Positions 1-7,717 of a DNA stretch of 39,539 bases are shown here, piece after piece. The first letter of the stretch is position 1. Each line of letters begins with the position of its first letter. The DNA is from a virus. The translations under genes and the position numbers were made by a program. Below the pieces are notes generated by a model. It saw nothing but the letters and a program-made list of their open reading frames with translations. It was not told where the DNA came from and ran no database searches. The DNA is taken from positions 1 to 39,539 of IMG/VR virus record IMGVR_UViG_3300033552_000025; one strand, given 5' to 3'.

Positions 1-127
1 TACGGTGGTCAGCGCCTCGCGCAACACTGTCACGGCGGATTTGGTTGAGTTGGTCATGGTCGGTCCTTAGTTGTTAGTTTCTTTGTCCAGCCAACGTATG
101 AAAGCACCGGACATCCAGCCTGCTACG
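1..127. repeat. Terminal direct repeat, left copy (identical to 39413..39539)
   Basis: First 127 nt are repeated exactly as the last 127 nt. This fits an assembly overlap of a circular or circularly permuted molecule. Positions 1..57 (-) duplicate the 5' end of the gene at 38612..39469. Confidence 0.95.
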
Positions 128-183
128 TAGTAGGCAAGAGCCTTCAAAATTCCGATTACCCATGGCTCGATGATGAAAGTCAT
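67..183 (-). CDS. Small hydrophobic protein, 38 aa (MTFIIEPWVIGILKALAYYVAGWMSGAFIRWLDKETNN)
   Basis: Hand-translated ORF below the 60-aa track cutoff. ATG lies 3 nt after the stop of the 187..1833 gene. It has one TM-like segment, and an AAGGA RBS for the next gene follows its stop. The ORF spans the artificial contig junction. Confidence 0.3.
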   Translation of the reverse strand: MTFIIEPWVIGILKALAYYVAGWMSGAFIRWLDKETNN

Positions 184-186
184 CGC

Positions 187-1833
187 TTACCCCTTCGCTT
201 TTGTAGCGTCAGCCGGGGTGGCGCTAGATGCGAGGGCGCGGATAGCGGCTTCGATAATTTGGGTGCGGAACTCGTTGTTTGCGCCAAGGATCGTTCCGTT
301 GTCCCAATCAGCATCACTCATATTGGCAAGCTTGAGAACCTTGAAGATGGCGCGTGCTGCATTGCTCTCAAACTCCGCCTCGTTCAGCACCTTGGCGCGG
401 CTGTCCTCGCTACATGGACGGCTGTCGAGCAGTTGGGCGATCTGGTAATTCAGACTCGGACGCCGCCAGCCCGCGACATGCGGCTTCAAAATTTCATTAA
501 TCGCATCTTCCAGTGGCAATTTGCTCGCCCCCTGTCCGCTCACTGGCGCAGCCGAAATAGACTGCTCGGGCTTGTCCAGAAGCCGCGCAAAGGCACGATC
601 AAAGGCGGCAAGCTCATGCTCCCAGTACGCGGCGCGGTCTAGTTCGCGGGCATTCAATTCGTGGTTGATGCATTCCGTGATCGCATCGCGCCATGCCGCC
701 CGGTGCGTGGTGAAATTGCCGGGAATATGCTGGCGGTCGCTCACTGGCGCAGACATGTAGGGCAACATCGCCTCAATCTGCTCGCCGGTGGCCGCTTCCG
801 GGTCGGACAGAACATCAAGGATATGCTCTGGTGCATCGTGCGCCCCAGCGATCTGGTAGGCGTAAGCGATGATCGTCAGCAGCTTCTCGGTCGGGCCGCT
901 CACTGGCGCAGCAGCACGGGCAGGCGGGGATTCTTCGGCCAGTCTGCATTTTATGGGGCAGATCGAGCCATCGCCGGGGCATGCTCCGCAATCAGGTACA
1001 GTAATCGTGGAGGGGGCACGGATTAAGCGCACAGCGGCGTCAAGCGTAGCCGAGATTGCCGCGTGCTGGATGCAATGGCTCTTACCAAGCTCGCGCGTGA
1101 TTTCCTCGAATATCGCGTTGATGTCGAACAACACATCCGGCACACACTGAGCAGGCAGGATTTCACCTGTCGCAGCAGCATCAAGCAACCTTTTGGCGTA
1201 CCGTGCAAGATTGTTGCCGTTGACCATACCGCCACTGGTCCCGGCGCAGTCGGTCAAGAACTTTTGTACTGATGCGCTCAAGAACTCACCTGCCGGCTGT
1301 GACGCACCAAAAACACTATCCGCGTATTGGCTTGGGTGCTCTTCGTGGTCCCAGGTTCTGGCGGCATACGGATTGCCATCGGCAACGTCTTCTGTTGCCG
1401 TTAGCGCTTGACGGGCGCATATTGCCATTGCGTTCGCATAACCTGAGTCGTAGGTATCCCCGCGTTGCTTGGCGTTTTCAGCGACGCTAAGCGATCCGCC
1501 CTCAAGCTGCCCCAGCGCTTCACGCAGAATGGCGATAGCGTTCACGAGCTCGTCAGTCGGCGCGCTTACATCAGCAGCCGGGGCGATAGGCTGCGCGCTC
1601 GGATAGGTGATCGTGCCTTCCGTGAATTCCTGCTTGGCAGGCATGCAATCGCATTGCGTAACTTTTTCGTCAGCGTAGACGCCATCGCAAGCCGTGCAGA
1701 TGTACGCCTTGCGAACGGTTGGCGGGGCGATAGGCTGCGCAGGGGTGGCAACAGCCTCCACAATAGCCGCACGGTTCGCCTCAGTCGGGCTGGCTGCGTA
1801 TGCCGTCATCGCGGCGTTGAATTTTTCGTTCAT
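187..1833 (-). CDS. Hypothetical modular early protein, 548 aa, with a Cys-rich (CxxC..CxC) N-terminal segment and repeated AQPIAP / APVSG linkers
   Basis: Longest ORF in the region and in line with the leftward operon. Internal exact DNA repeats encode the linkers. No family recognised. Confidence 0.7.
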   Translation of the reverse strand: MNEKFNAAMTAYAASPTEANRAAIVEAVATPAQPIAPPTVRKAYICTACDGVYADEKVTQCDCMPAKQEFTEGTITYPSAQPIAPAADVSAPTDELVNAIAILREALGQLEGGSLSVAENAKQRGDTYDSGYANAMAICARQALTATEDVADGNPYAARTWDHEEHPSQYADSVFGASQPAGEFLSASVQKFLTDCAGTSGGMVNGNNLARYAKRLLDAAATGEILPAQCVPDVLFDINAIFEEITRELGKSHCIQHAAISATLDAAVRLIRAPSTITVPDCGACPGDGSICPIKCRLAEESPPARAAAPVSGPTEKLLTIIAYAYQIAGAHDAPEHILDVLSDPEAATGEQIEAMLPYMSAPVSDRQHIPGNFTTHRAAWRDAITECINHELNARELDRAAYWEHELAAFDRAFARLLDKPEQSISAAPVSGQGASKLPLEDAINEILKPHVAGWRRPSLNYQIAQLLDSRPCSEDSRAKVLNEAEFESNAARAIFKVLKLANMSDADWDNGTILGANNEFRTQIIEAAIRALASSATPADATKAKG

Positions 1834-1851
1834 CTCATTCCCCTGTATGTT

Positions 1852-2265
1852 TTATGTGCGTGCCGGGCCGAAGAAATTGGCCGGTAAAGCGTACGGGTCG
1901 CGTACGTGGTTCAGCGGGTAACTCGTCACCGTCATCTGCTTCAGCATCTCGCCCTTCGGCGGTATCGAACCATCGCTCAAGCTGTACACCGCAACCCAAC
2001 CGGCACCCTTCAGCAGTCCGTTAGGCGTGCGCGTTGACACTGCGCGCCCTTCATTAATAAGCTTGCACATGTACTCGCGTACGGTGGTGGCGCTTGCTCC
2101 TGTGAACTCGATAAACTGCGAAACCTTCAACGGGCCATGCTGTTGCAGGAGGTCAAGCAGCACCTCGCGGAACATGTTGGCGTTCTCGCGCTGCCGCGCT
2201 TGCGTGATCTTCGCGCTGCGCTGTGGGACGGTGCGCGGGATTAGCACTGGTATTTGCAGGATCAT
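1852..2265 (-). CDS. Putative winged-helix DNA-binding protein, 137 aa
   Basis: ATG directly abuts the upstream stop (TGAATG). The segment LKVSQFIEFTGASATTVREYMCKLINEGRAV looks like a wHTH. The assignment rests on pattern only. Confidence 0.55.
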   Translation of the reverse strand: MILQIPVLIPRTVPQRSAKITQARQRENANMFREVLLDLLQQHGPLKVSQFIEFTGASATTVREYMCKLINEGRAVSTRTPNGLLKGAGWVAVYSLSDGSIPPKGEMLKQMTVTSYPLNHVRDPYALPANFFGPART

Positions 2266-2682
2266 TCAGTTCTCCCTGAAGTTGACGCCGTGCTGAGCGC
2301 CGAATGCGAACAGATATTCGATAAATTGCGCAGCTTCCTTGACGTAGAAGTCTCGGGACTGGATGCCAAGTTGAACAATGCGCCGACCGTCAAAACTTGG
2401 GATTACCCGGCCATCGTGGTGCAGTGGGGTTCCTGCCATCCTCATTTCGTCGGCAAATTCATCGATCAAAATCCGCTTCATGTCGTCGGCATCCCATTTG
2501 CGCCCGATGTGTTCGACATGCTTGGCAATATCGTCAATCATTGCGTGATACTTTTCCTCTTGCGCGCGCTTCTTAACTGGCTCTGATCCGACTACCATCC
2601 AGCCTTCCGGCCCTTCCAGGCAGAATTTGGCAGCATTGCGGCGCGCTTCCGGGTGGACAAGGAAGAAAGTTCGCTTTGTCAT
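2266..2682 (-). CDS. ninB: NinB/Orf-family recombination mediator, 138 aa
   Basis: Aligns by eye to lambda NinB (R..Q..K......D....VE..GR..DA...K ... Q.....V.E.A....Y..AFG...GV.F). The start at 2682 forms an ATGA overlap with the upstream stop. Confidence 0.72.
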   Translation of the reverse strand: MTKRTFFLVHPEARRNAAKFCLEGPEGWMVVGSEPVKKRAQEEKYHAMIDDIAKHVEHIGRKWDADDMKRILIDEFADEMRMAGTPLHHDGRVIPSFDGRRIVQLGIQSRDFYVKEAAQFIEYLFAFGAQHGVNFREN

Positions 2683-2981
2683 TTGCCGCCCCACGCTAAC
2701 GGCTTAAGTGCTGCCCGCTGAGCTGCCAGCGATTCAATCTGTGCCACGCACGCTTCCATCATCGTGATGGTGTTCTTGGCTGCTGCCATCAGCTCGTCAA
2801 CGCTGACCGGCACATCGTCGTTATCCGGCTGCATCCGGCGCAACACTTGAGTTGCCGTCGCTGCGAGCTGGCCGCACAGCATTTGGAGCGACTTCTTTGC
2901 ATCCTCGTGCGCCGCTCTCACGGTGCTATATGCCCCGCGATTCTCAAGCGTCACCGAATCTATTGTGGTCAGGTCGATCAT
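2679..2981 (-). CDS. Hypothetical protein, 100 aa
   Basis: ORF in operon register, coupled by ATGA to ninB. No family recognised. Confidence 0.5.
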   Translation of the reverse strand: MIDLTTIDSVTLENRGAYSTVRAAHEDAKKSLQMLCGQLAATATQVLRRMQPDNDDVPVSVDELMAAAKNTITMMEACVAQIESLAAQRAALKPLAWGGK

Positions 2982-3014
2982 GTTCGCTGGCGGGAGTTAC
3001 CCCGCCCCTTATGG

Positions 3015-3572
3015 TTAGCGTGCCAGCTTGGAGCGGCGGAGTTGCTTCGACGTTGCCTGAACATCGCAGCCGGTCAGGTTCAGAATGAATGGAATGTCAT
3101 CATCCATATCCGAGAAGTTCGGGGCTGGCTTCGGGTCGGGCCGAGTGCCTTGATACCCCTTCGGCACTGGCGCATCACGCTGGCCGGTGCCGCCCTGGTA
3201 GCCCTGCTGGCCTTGCGTTTCGCCGCCCGCAGACTTCCCGCCCAACATCTGCATCGACTCGGCCACGATATCGGTCGCGTACTTCTCGACGCCATCCTTA
3301 TCGGTGTATTTGCGGGTCTGCAAACGTCCCTCGACATAAACCGTGGAACCTTTTTTGAGGTACTGGCCGACTATTTCCGCAAGCTTGCCGAAGAAGGAGA
3401 TGCGGTGCCACTCGGTCAACTCCTTCTGCTCGCCCGTATTCTTGTCCTTTGACTTGAACGAAGTAGCGACTGCCACATTGGCGATGGCGTCACCGCTCGG
3501 CATATAGCGCATTTCAGGATCGCGCCCGAGATTTCCAATGATGATGACTTTATTAACTGATGCCATGTTCAT
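3015..3572 (-). CDS. ssb: Single-stranded DNA-binding protein (OB fold, Gly/Gln-rich linker, DDDIPF motif) with a 23-aa C-terminal extension
   Basis: N-terminus [18 protein letters not shown]...[37 protein letters not shown] is canonical SSB. The DMDDDIPF motif is present but is not C-terminal. Confidence 0.92.
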   Translation of the reverse strand: MNMASVNKVIIIGNLGRDPEMRYMPSGDAIANVAVATSFKSKDKNTGEQKELTEWHRISFFGKLAEIVGQYLKKGSTVYVEGRLQTRKYTDKDGVEKYATDIVAESMQMLGGKSAGGETQGQQGYQGGTGQRDAPVPKGYQGTRPDPKPAPNFSDMDDDIPFILNLTGCDVQATSKQLRRSKLAR

Positions 3573-4462
3573 GCCCCTTCGGTTTGTGGTGTGGTGAGTT
3601 CTTCTTTGCGACCGTTGTAGACGTTCTTCACGGCGGTCAGGGCGTCCTCATTGCTGAGCGACTGTGCGTAGCGGTAAGCCGCCTTGTAGTGCGTTTGCAG
3701 CACTTCCAGCGACTCGGCCTCGATCATTGGGGCAATCAAGTCCGTAAGCTGGTCCTCGCTGAACTCGGGCGCCTCAACGCCAGTTGCGAGCCATGCCATG
3801 ATCGCGGCGCCGGTATCTGGCGTGATCACTTGCGGATCGCCGCCGAACAGTCCGGTGCGGTCTTTGGTGGCTGTGGCGTAGTGACCGCCGTGGACCAGAT
3901 CAAGCACGGTCGTGAACTCGTAAATGATCCCGTCGCGCTGCTCCGCCTTCATGCCGAGCTGTAGAATCTTGGTCTTGCCGTTGGAATCCTTCTCTGACGC
4001 GGTGTCGGTCTTGCTGCGCATGGTGACAATCACATGCATCTTGGCTTGCAAGATCGCATCAACAAAGGCGCGGTGGCGCGGATCGCTCTCCGACCATGCG
4101 GACCACGTATTGCCCTTGTACTTAGAAGCGGCCAGCTTCTCGTTAAGCTGCAACATGCCGCCCGTACCGTTCCACTCGTGCGTGATGCTGTCGATGATGA
4201 GCGTGTCATACCCGCCCGCCTCGGCTTCGCGGATCGCGGCAATGTAGCGCTCGGGACTGTAGGGCGCTGTCAACTCCATCACATCGAAGTCAAGCAGATC
4301 GCAGTACAGCGACGCGGAGCCGTGTTCGGTGTCGATGACGGCTACCTTGCCGCCCAAACCTTTCGCCAGGAGGATTGAAGAATATGTTTTTCCTGATCCT
4401 GATGGGCCGGTAAGCGCAAGCCTCAGCTTTGCCTGCTTCCGTACTGCCTTTGCGAATGCCAT
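3569..4462 (-). CDS. Sak4-like RecA-fold AAA ATPase (ssDNA annealing/recombination), 297 aa
   Basis: Walker A GPSGSGKT and Walker B LIIDSITH. The overall pattern matches phage AAA_24/Sak4 proteins, and the gene is adjacent to ssb. AAGAGGA RBS. Confidence 0.85.
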   Translation of the reverse strand: MAFAKAVRKQAKLRLALTGPSGSGKTYSSILLAKGLGGKVAVIDTEHGSASLYCDLLDFDVMELTAPYSPERYIAAIREAEAGGYDTLIIDSITHEWNGTGGMLQLNEKLAASKYKGNTWSAWSESDPRHRAFVDAILQAKMHVIVTMRSKTDTASEKDSNGKTKILQLGMKAEQRDGIIYEFTTVLDLVHGGHYATATKDRTGLFGGDPQVITPDTGAAIMAWLATGVEAPEFSEDQLTDLIAPMIEAESLEVLQTHYKAAYRYAQSLSNEDALTAVKNVYNGRKEELTTPQTEGA

Positions 4463-4491
4463 AGTGATTCCTCTTTCGGTGCTGCGGTTGG

Positions 4492-4656
4492 TTAAAAAGG
4501 TAAAAGTCCTGCGTCAATCTCGTGCTCACGCTGCCGTAGCTCTTGCTCTGGGACCGGTGGCGATGCCCAAGTCTTCGGGTTCTCGTGCCAGTCCAACGTT
4601 TCCCGCTGACGTTCGCGCTCCACTTTCACGCGCTCTCGGATGACTTCGATGTTCAT
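4492..4656 (-). CDS. Hypothetical protein, 54 aa (MNIEVIRERVKVERERQRE...)
   Basis: Internal ATG of the 119-aa track ORF. It forms an ATGA overlap with the stop of the 4653..4802 micro-ORF. Confidence 0.4.
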   Translation of the reverse strand: MNIEVIRERVKVERERQRETLDWHENPKTWASPPVPEQELRQREHEIDAGLLPF

Positions 4657-4802
4657 GTCTGGCCCCATTTCGTAACAGCTATAGCTGCGAACAAGAATGC
4701 GTAGATGCCAATAGCCGGGAGCCACGAGCGGCACATTGCGCGGTATATGCGGCGCGGGATGCTGCGGCGCGTGACTGTTGGGATGCGCGGGATGGCTCTC
4801 AT
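4653..4802 (-). CDS. Small membrane protein, 49 aa (MRAIPRIPTVTRRSIPRRIYRAMCRSWLPAIGIYAFLFAAIAVTKWGQT)
   Basis: Hand-translated, with ATGA overlaps at both ends and a C-terminal TM-like segment. It competes with the N-terminal part of the 4492..4851 track ORF. Confidence 0.35.
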   Translation of the reverse strand: MRAIPRIPTVTRRSIPRRIYRAMCRSWLPAIGIYAFLFAAIAVTKWGQT

Positions 4803-5038
4803 TTCGACTCCTGAGCTTTGATGCACAGGTCATGCCCTCGCCATGTGACATCCTTCTTTTCCACTAGCCCGCGCTCAAGCAACGCTCTTGCCGCTGGCGT
4901 GCATTTCGCATGAGTGTCCCAATGGTAGTAATACTCTTTCGGGTTGAAGCGGCCCGCATATGGCGAGAAGCTGACGCGGACGCCGGACGAGATGGCGTCA
5001 AGCAGATACTGTTGCGCCTTGCTGAGTTTCGCGCTCAT
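4799..5038 (-). CDS. Hypothetical protein, 79 aa (start MSAKLSKAQQYLL)
   Basis: Internal ATG of the track ORF 4799..5119. It forms an ATGA overlap with the upstream micro-ORF. Confidence 0.5.
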   Translation of the reverse strand: MSAKLSKAQQYLLDAISSGVRVSFSPYAGRFNPKEYYYHWDTHAKCTPAARALLERGLVEKKDVTWRGHDLCIKAQESK

Positions 5039-5136
5039 GCCAGCTTCCCCACGACCAACGCCAGGCACGCGACAGCAGCAGCGAGGGCGCATACGATAGG
5101 CTGGTTGCGGTCGGTCCATTCCATGTAAGCGGTCAT
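5035..5136 (-). CDS. Small membrane peptide, 33 aa (MTAYMEWTDRNQPIVCALAAAVACLALVVGKLA)
   Basis: ATGA overlaps at both ends and a hydrophobic C-terminal half. Confidence 0.35.
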   Translation of the reverse strand: MTAYMEWTDRNQPIVCALAAAVACLALVVGKLA

Positions 5137-5537
5137 ACTGGCTCTCCTTGATTGCCCTCGTGCTTGAGCGCTAATTCGCTCGCCTCGCTGAGAAACAGCC
5201 GAAACTGGAACGGTGATAGCTTCTCGCGGCATACGTCCATAAAAAACTTTGAAACATCCCTCGGCGCACGTGATCGGACGACTGGACGAAGCCGGTTAAG
5301 TTCTTTCTGTATGAAGTGCAGCTCGGTCTTCTCTGCATTCGTCAAAACGGATGTTGCGCGCACCGCCGTCAACCACTTCAGCCGCGCCTTCAAGCTGTCG
5401 CGCTTTTGCTCGGGCGTTAGGTTGGCAACAACATCCTCCCCGCCACCAAGCAAACCGAATCCTTTGCGCGATCCCTTGGTCGATTCATTGCCGGAGCGGC
5501 TGTAAAATTGCTCGGCTCGCGCCGCTACTTTGCTCAT
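5133..5537 (-). CDS. Hypothetical protein, 134 aa
   Basis: Track ORF in operon register, ATGA-coupled on both sides. Confidence 0.6.
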   Translation of the reverse strand: MSKVAARAEQFYSRSGNESTKGSRKGFGLLGGGEDVVANLTPEQKRDSLKARLKWLTAVRATSVLTNAEKTELHFIQKELNRLRPVVRSRAPRDVSKFFMDVCREKLSPFQFRLFLSEASELALKHEGNQGEPV

Positions 5538-5665
5538 TTTTGCCCCGCTACACGTTTAAAATAATCGGTCTGCTTAGCAGGCTGTACCTGCTGCTCGGCT
5601 GCGTACCAAAGCCACATAGCGCAGATCATGGCGATAGCGCATTGAAAGAGAAATGCGCGCTTCAT
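5534..5665 (-). CDS. Small membrane peptide, 43 aa (MKRAFLFQCAIAMICAMWLWYAAEQQ...)
   Basis: Internal ATG of track ORF 5534..5725. ATGA overlaps at both ends and an N-terminal TM/signal-like segment. Confidence 0.4.
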   Translation of the reverse strand: MKRAFLFQCAIAMICAMWLWYAAEQQVQPAKQTDYFKRVAGQK

Positions 5666-6039
5666 GCTGGCACCGGAGCTGGTGGGAAGCGCATCCAGTG
5701 GGTGATCCCAACTGTCAAATACCACTTCGTGTAAAGCTGCTTGCCGTCGTCATCAACGCCGTTGGTGATATCCGCGAAATACTGGTCAACATGGACCATG
5801 TCAACGCCGCCATCAGACCAGAGGGCCATCACCGAATAATCCCCCGCCTCTGGCAAGCGATCCTTCACGCTAATCCACTCGCTCGGCGCTGGTGCGGCTA
5901 CAGGTGCGGCAGGAATGCGCTGTACGTCAACCAGCTCGTAGTGCGAAGGGCTGCCGTCGAACTTGCAGCCAAACTCGCCCAAGATGCCGTTGTTATCGCC
6001 GGTCATCAGCACAGTCCATTTATCCGGTACATTCATCAT
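5662..6039 (-). CDS. DUF551-domain protein, 125 aa
   Basis: C-terminal half (WISVKDRLPEAGDYSV ... ITHWMRFPPAP) matches the DUF551 pattern (WISV.DRLPE ... THWMPLP). Confidence 0.7.
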   Translation of the reverse strand: MMNVPDKWTVLMTGDNNGILGEFGCKFDGSPSHYELVDVQRIPAAPVAAPAPSEWISVKDRLPEAGDYSVMALWSDGGVDMVHVDQYFADITNGVDDDGKQLYTKWYLTVGITHWMRFPPAPVPA

Positions 6040-6069
6040 TTCCCCTTGTGCGCACTCGGCGCTTAGTTA

Positions 6070-6327
6070 TTAGGTGGCCGCGAATGGCAGGCCGGAACTT
6101 TTGAGCGCAGCCATCGCACGTGCGGCTGTATCGTCACCAAAGTTTTGACCCTGAATAATCGATCCGCTGTGGAAGTCCGGGTCGCAAACGCGCAGTTCGT
6201 CAGCTTCGATAATGTCGAGCAATGGCCCGACTGAAGCGCCTGTATCCTCGACGGTGTGCGATGGATAAAGCTTCTTCAGGAAGCTAAGGGCGTTGCGGCG
6301 GTTGCATGTAGCGAATGCGAAACTCAT
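6070..6327 (-). CDS. Hypothetical protein, 85 aa
   Basis: Track ORF in operon orientation with a GGAGAG RBS upstream. Confidence 0.5.
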   Translation of the reverse strand: MSFAFATCNRRNALSFLKKLYPSHTVEDTGASVGPLLDIIEADELRVCDPDFHSGSIIQGQNFGDDTAARAMAALKSSGLPFAAT

Positions 6328-6724
6328 AGTTCTCTCCGTTAGTTATTAGGTGTGGTGGCCGGTAGTGAAAATCCGGCTTACGCGTGGTCCGCACTTTGCA
6401 GGTACGTTGAACTGGTTGGCATGTTCCGAAGACTCAGCGGCCAACCTCCCGCGCTGCTTTGGGGACTCCCCGCCTGCACGGGTTCCCCATCGTTAGGGCG
6501 CCACTACCGCCCATTCCCCCACACGACTGCTGACTAAGCGGCCACCGGTCCCCCTATCAGGAGGCGTCCTGCCAAGAGTAATCAGCAGTCGTGTGGTGCT
6601 TGTCTCTCCAAGCTGCCAGCGCTACGTAGGCTCTACGGCTTTCCAAGCAGGCCACCAACTCCACATTCGCGCGGTGAGGCACTAGCGGACGGATTGAACT
6701 AAGCTGCGCCGCGCAGCCCTAAAA
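6328..6724 (-). ncRNA. Candidate structured non-coding RNA / cis-acting RNA region within the PL operon (family unknown)
   Basis: About 400 bp with no credible ORF on the transcribed strand. A perfect 15-bp stem pairs 6519..6533 with 6582..6596. Several GC hairpins are present (GGTTGGC/GCCAACC, GGGGA/TCCCC with nested CCCG/CGGG, GGGCG/CGCCC). Three sense-strand GGTGGCC-type repeats are also present. Confidence 0.35.
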
Positions 6725-7006
6725 TTAGTAGCTCAGAACCCGCAGCACCCCGGCGCGCTCGTTCCGCTCCCACTGGTACGCATCGGCGGCAGCTTCGGTA
6801 CGCTGCTGCTTAGCCTCCCGCGCCAGCCGTGCATCAGCTATCTCGCCCATGCTCAGCAACGTTGCGCGGCCAAACAGCATCGTCAGGTCTATCGCGCTAT
6901 CAGCAGCAGTAACGATTTCAACTTCGCAGCCGTCTTCGTCTCGGCTCCCGTACAGGTTCAGCAGCAGGCCGTCGTGGTCGTATGAGCGGATGGTGAAGGC
7001 GGTCAT
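6725..7006 (-). CDS. Hypothetical protein, 93 aa; first gene of the leftward early operon
   Basis: AGGAG RBS 6 nt upstream, and the gene lies immediately downstream of the PL-like promoter. Confidence 0.55.
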   Translation of the reverse strand: MTAFTIRSYDHDGLLLNLYGSRDEDGCEVEIVTAADSAIDLTMLFGRATLLSMGEIADARLAREAKQQRTEAAADAYQWERNERAGVLRVLSY

Positions 7007-7055
7007 GGTCTACTCCTGTTCGTTGGCTCGTTTGCTGCGCTGAGCTGATGTATGA

Positions 7056-7084
7056 ATAATATCCCACCGATGGGATATACGCAA
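7056..7084 (-). promoter_or_regulatory. PL-like early-left promoter (TTGCGT-N17-TATTAT on the minus strand)
   Basis: The -35 is the reverse complement of 7079..7084 and the -10 is the reverse complement of 7056..7061. The 17-nt spacer contains an operator. Confidence 0.6.
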
Positions 7085-7097
7085 CCCATTTATGGGA
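7062..7097. promoter_or_regulatory. Operator pair OL: TCCCAccgaTGGGA (7062..7075) and ACCCAtttaTGGGA (7084..7097)
   Basis: 14-bp inverted repeats spaced 22 bp start to start. The same motif and spacing occur at 9065..9100. Confidence 0.65.
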
Positions 7098-7193
7098 TTT
7101 ATGGCCGAAAATCTATATACTCAATAGTTATATTGACGCGCTGTAACTATGGTATTTTTCGTACCAGTTGATTCATCGCTCGCAACCGCAGGC

Positions 7194-7217
7194 AAAAAAA
7201 TACCCGCTCAGGGCGGG
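7194..7217 (-). terminator. Rho-independent terminator (minus strand)
   Basis: On the minus strand, a CCCGC/GCGGG stem is followed by TATTTTTTT. Confidence 0.7.
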
Positions 7218-7240
7218 CTTAGGGAGGGGATGAGGGGCGC

Positions 7241-7269
7241 AAAAGCAAAGGCCCCACCGAAGTGAGGCC
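7241..7269 (-). terminator. Rho-independent terminator (minus strand), 8-bp stem with UUCG tetraloop
   Basis: Minus strand reads GGCCTCAC-TTCG-GTGGGGCC followed by TTTGCTTTTG. Confidence 0.7.
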
Positions 7270-7357
7270 CAGAATGTCGCTGCACGGGTTAGCAAGTCCG
7301 CAGTGCAGAGGCCTCTTGCGAGGACTTCAGCCTGATGCTAAGGCAGCGCAGGAACGG

Positions 7358-7717
7358 TTATGGTACAAAAATCTTCAATAGCGATGGCAGAAGTTGGGCG
7401 AGGAAAATTGCACTCACAACCCAAATAATGATGGACACTTTAGCCTCTGCGATGTCCGCCTTTAGGCCACCCTTGACTTCGGATAGGTCCGCCTTTGTCC
7501 CCATGCGCAACTCACCCATTACACCTTTCAATTCGGCTATATCAGACTTGGTAGCTCCATTGGCCTTAATCACCGCGACATCGATCTTGATGGCAGTGAT
7601 ATCGGCTTCGAGCTTGGCTACGCGTGCTTCCATGTCGCCATCATGCGGCGGACCGCCACCAATGTCAACCACCCCGCCAGGCGAATACTCAGAACCATCA
7701 ATTCTGCGGATCGACAT
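7358..7717 (-). CDS. Coiled-coil, C-terminally membrane-anchored protein, 119 aa (DUF1640-like heptad repeats)
   Basis: AGGAG RBS. The repeats KLEADITAIKIDVAVIKAN...KSDIAELKGVMGEL...KADLSEVKGGLKADIAEAK are followed by a TM segment IIIWVVSAIFLAQLLPSLL. The locus is AT-richer than the rest of the genome. Confidence 0.65.
   Translation of the reverse strand: MSIRRIDGSEYSPGGVVDIGGGPPHDGDMEARVAKLEADITAIKIDVAVIKANGATKSDIAELKGVMGELRMGTKADLSEVKGGLKADIAEAKVSIIIWVVSAIFLAQLLPSLLKIFVP

Noticed and set aside
1-127. Interpreting the terminal repeat as a biological direct terminal repeat or cos-type end.
   Set aside because: A length of exactly 127 nt suggests a k-mer assembly overlap, and genes run through it. 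Without read-terminus data I cannot call physical ends.
4492-4851. The 119-aa track ORF taken as a single gene, and similarly the long versions 4799..5119, 5035..5232 and 5534..5725.
   Set aside because: Their N-terminal parts overlap upstream genes by 50-190 nt and are low-complexity. Internal ATGs that form ATGA junctions give a tidier, fully coupled gene chain. This remains a judgement call without expression data.
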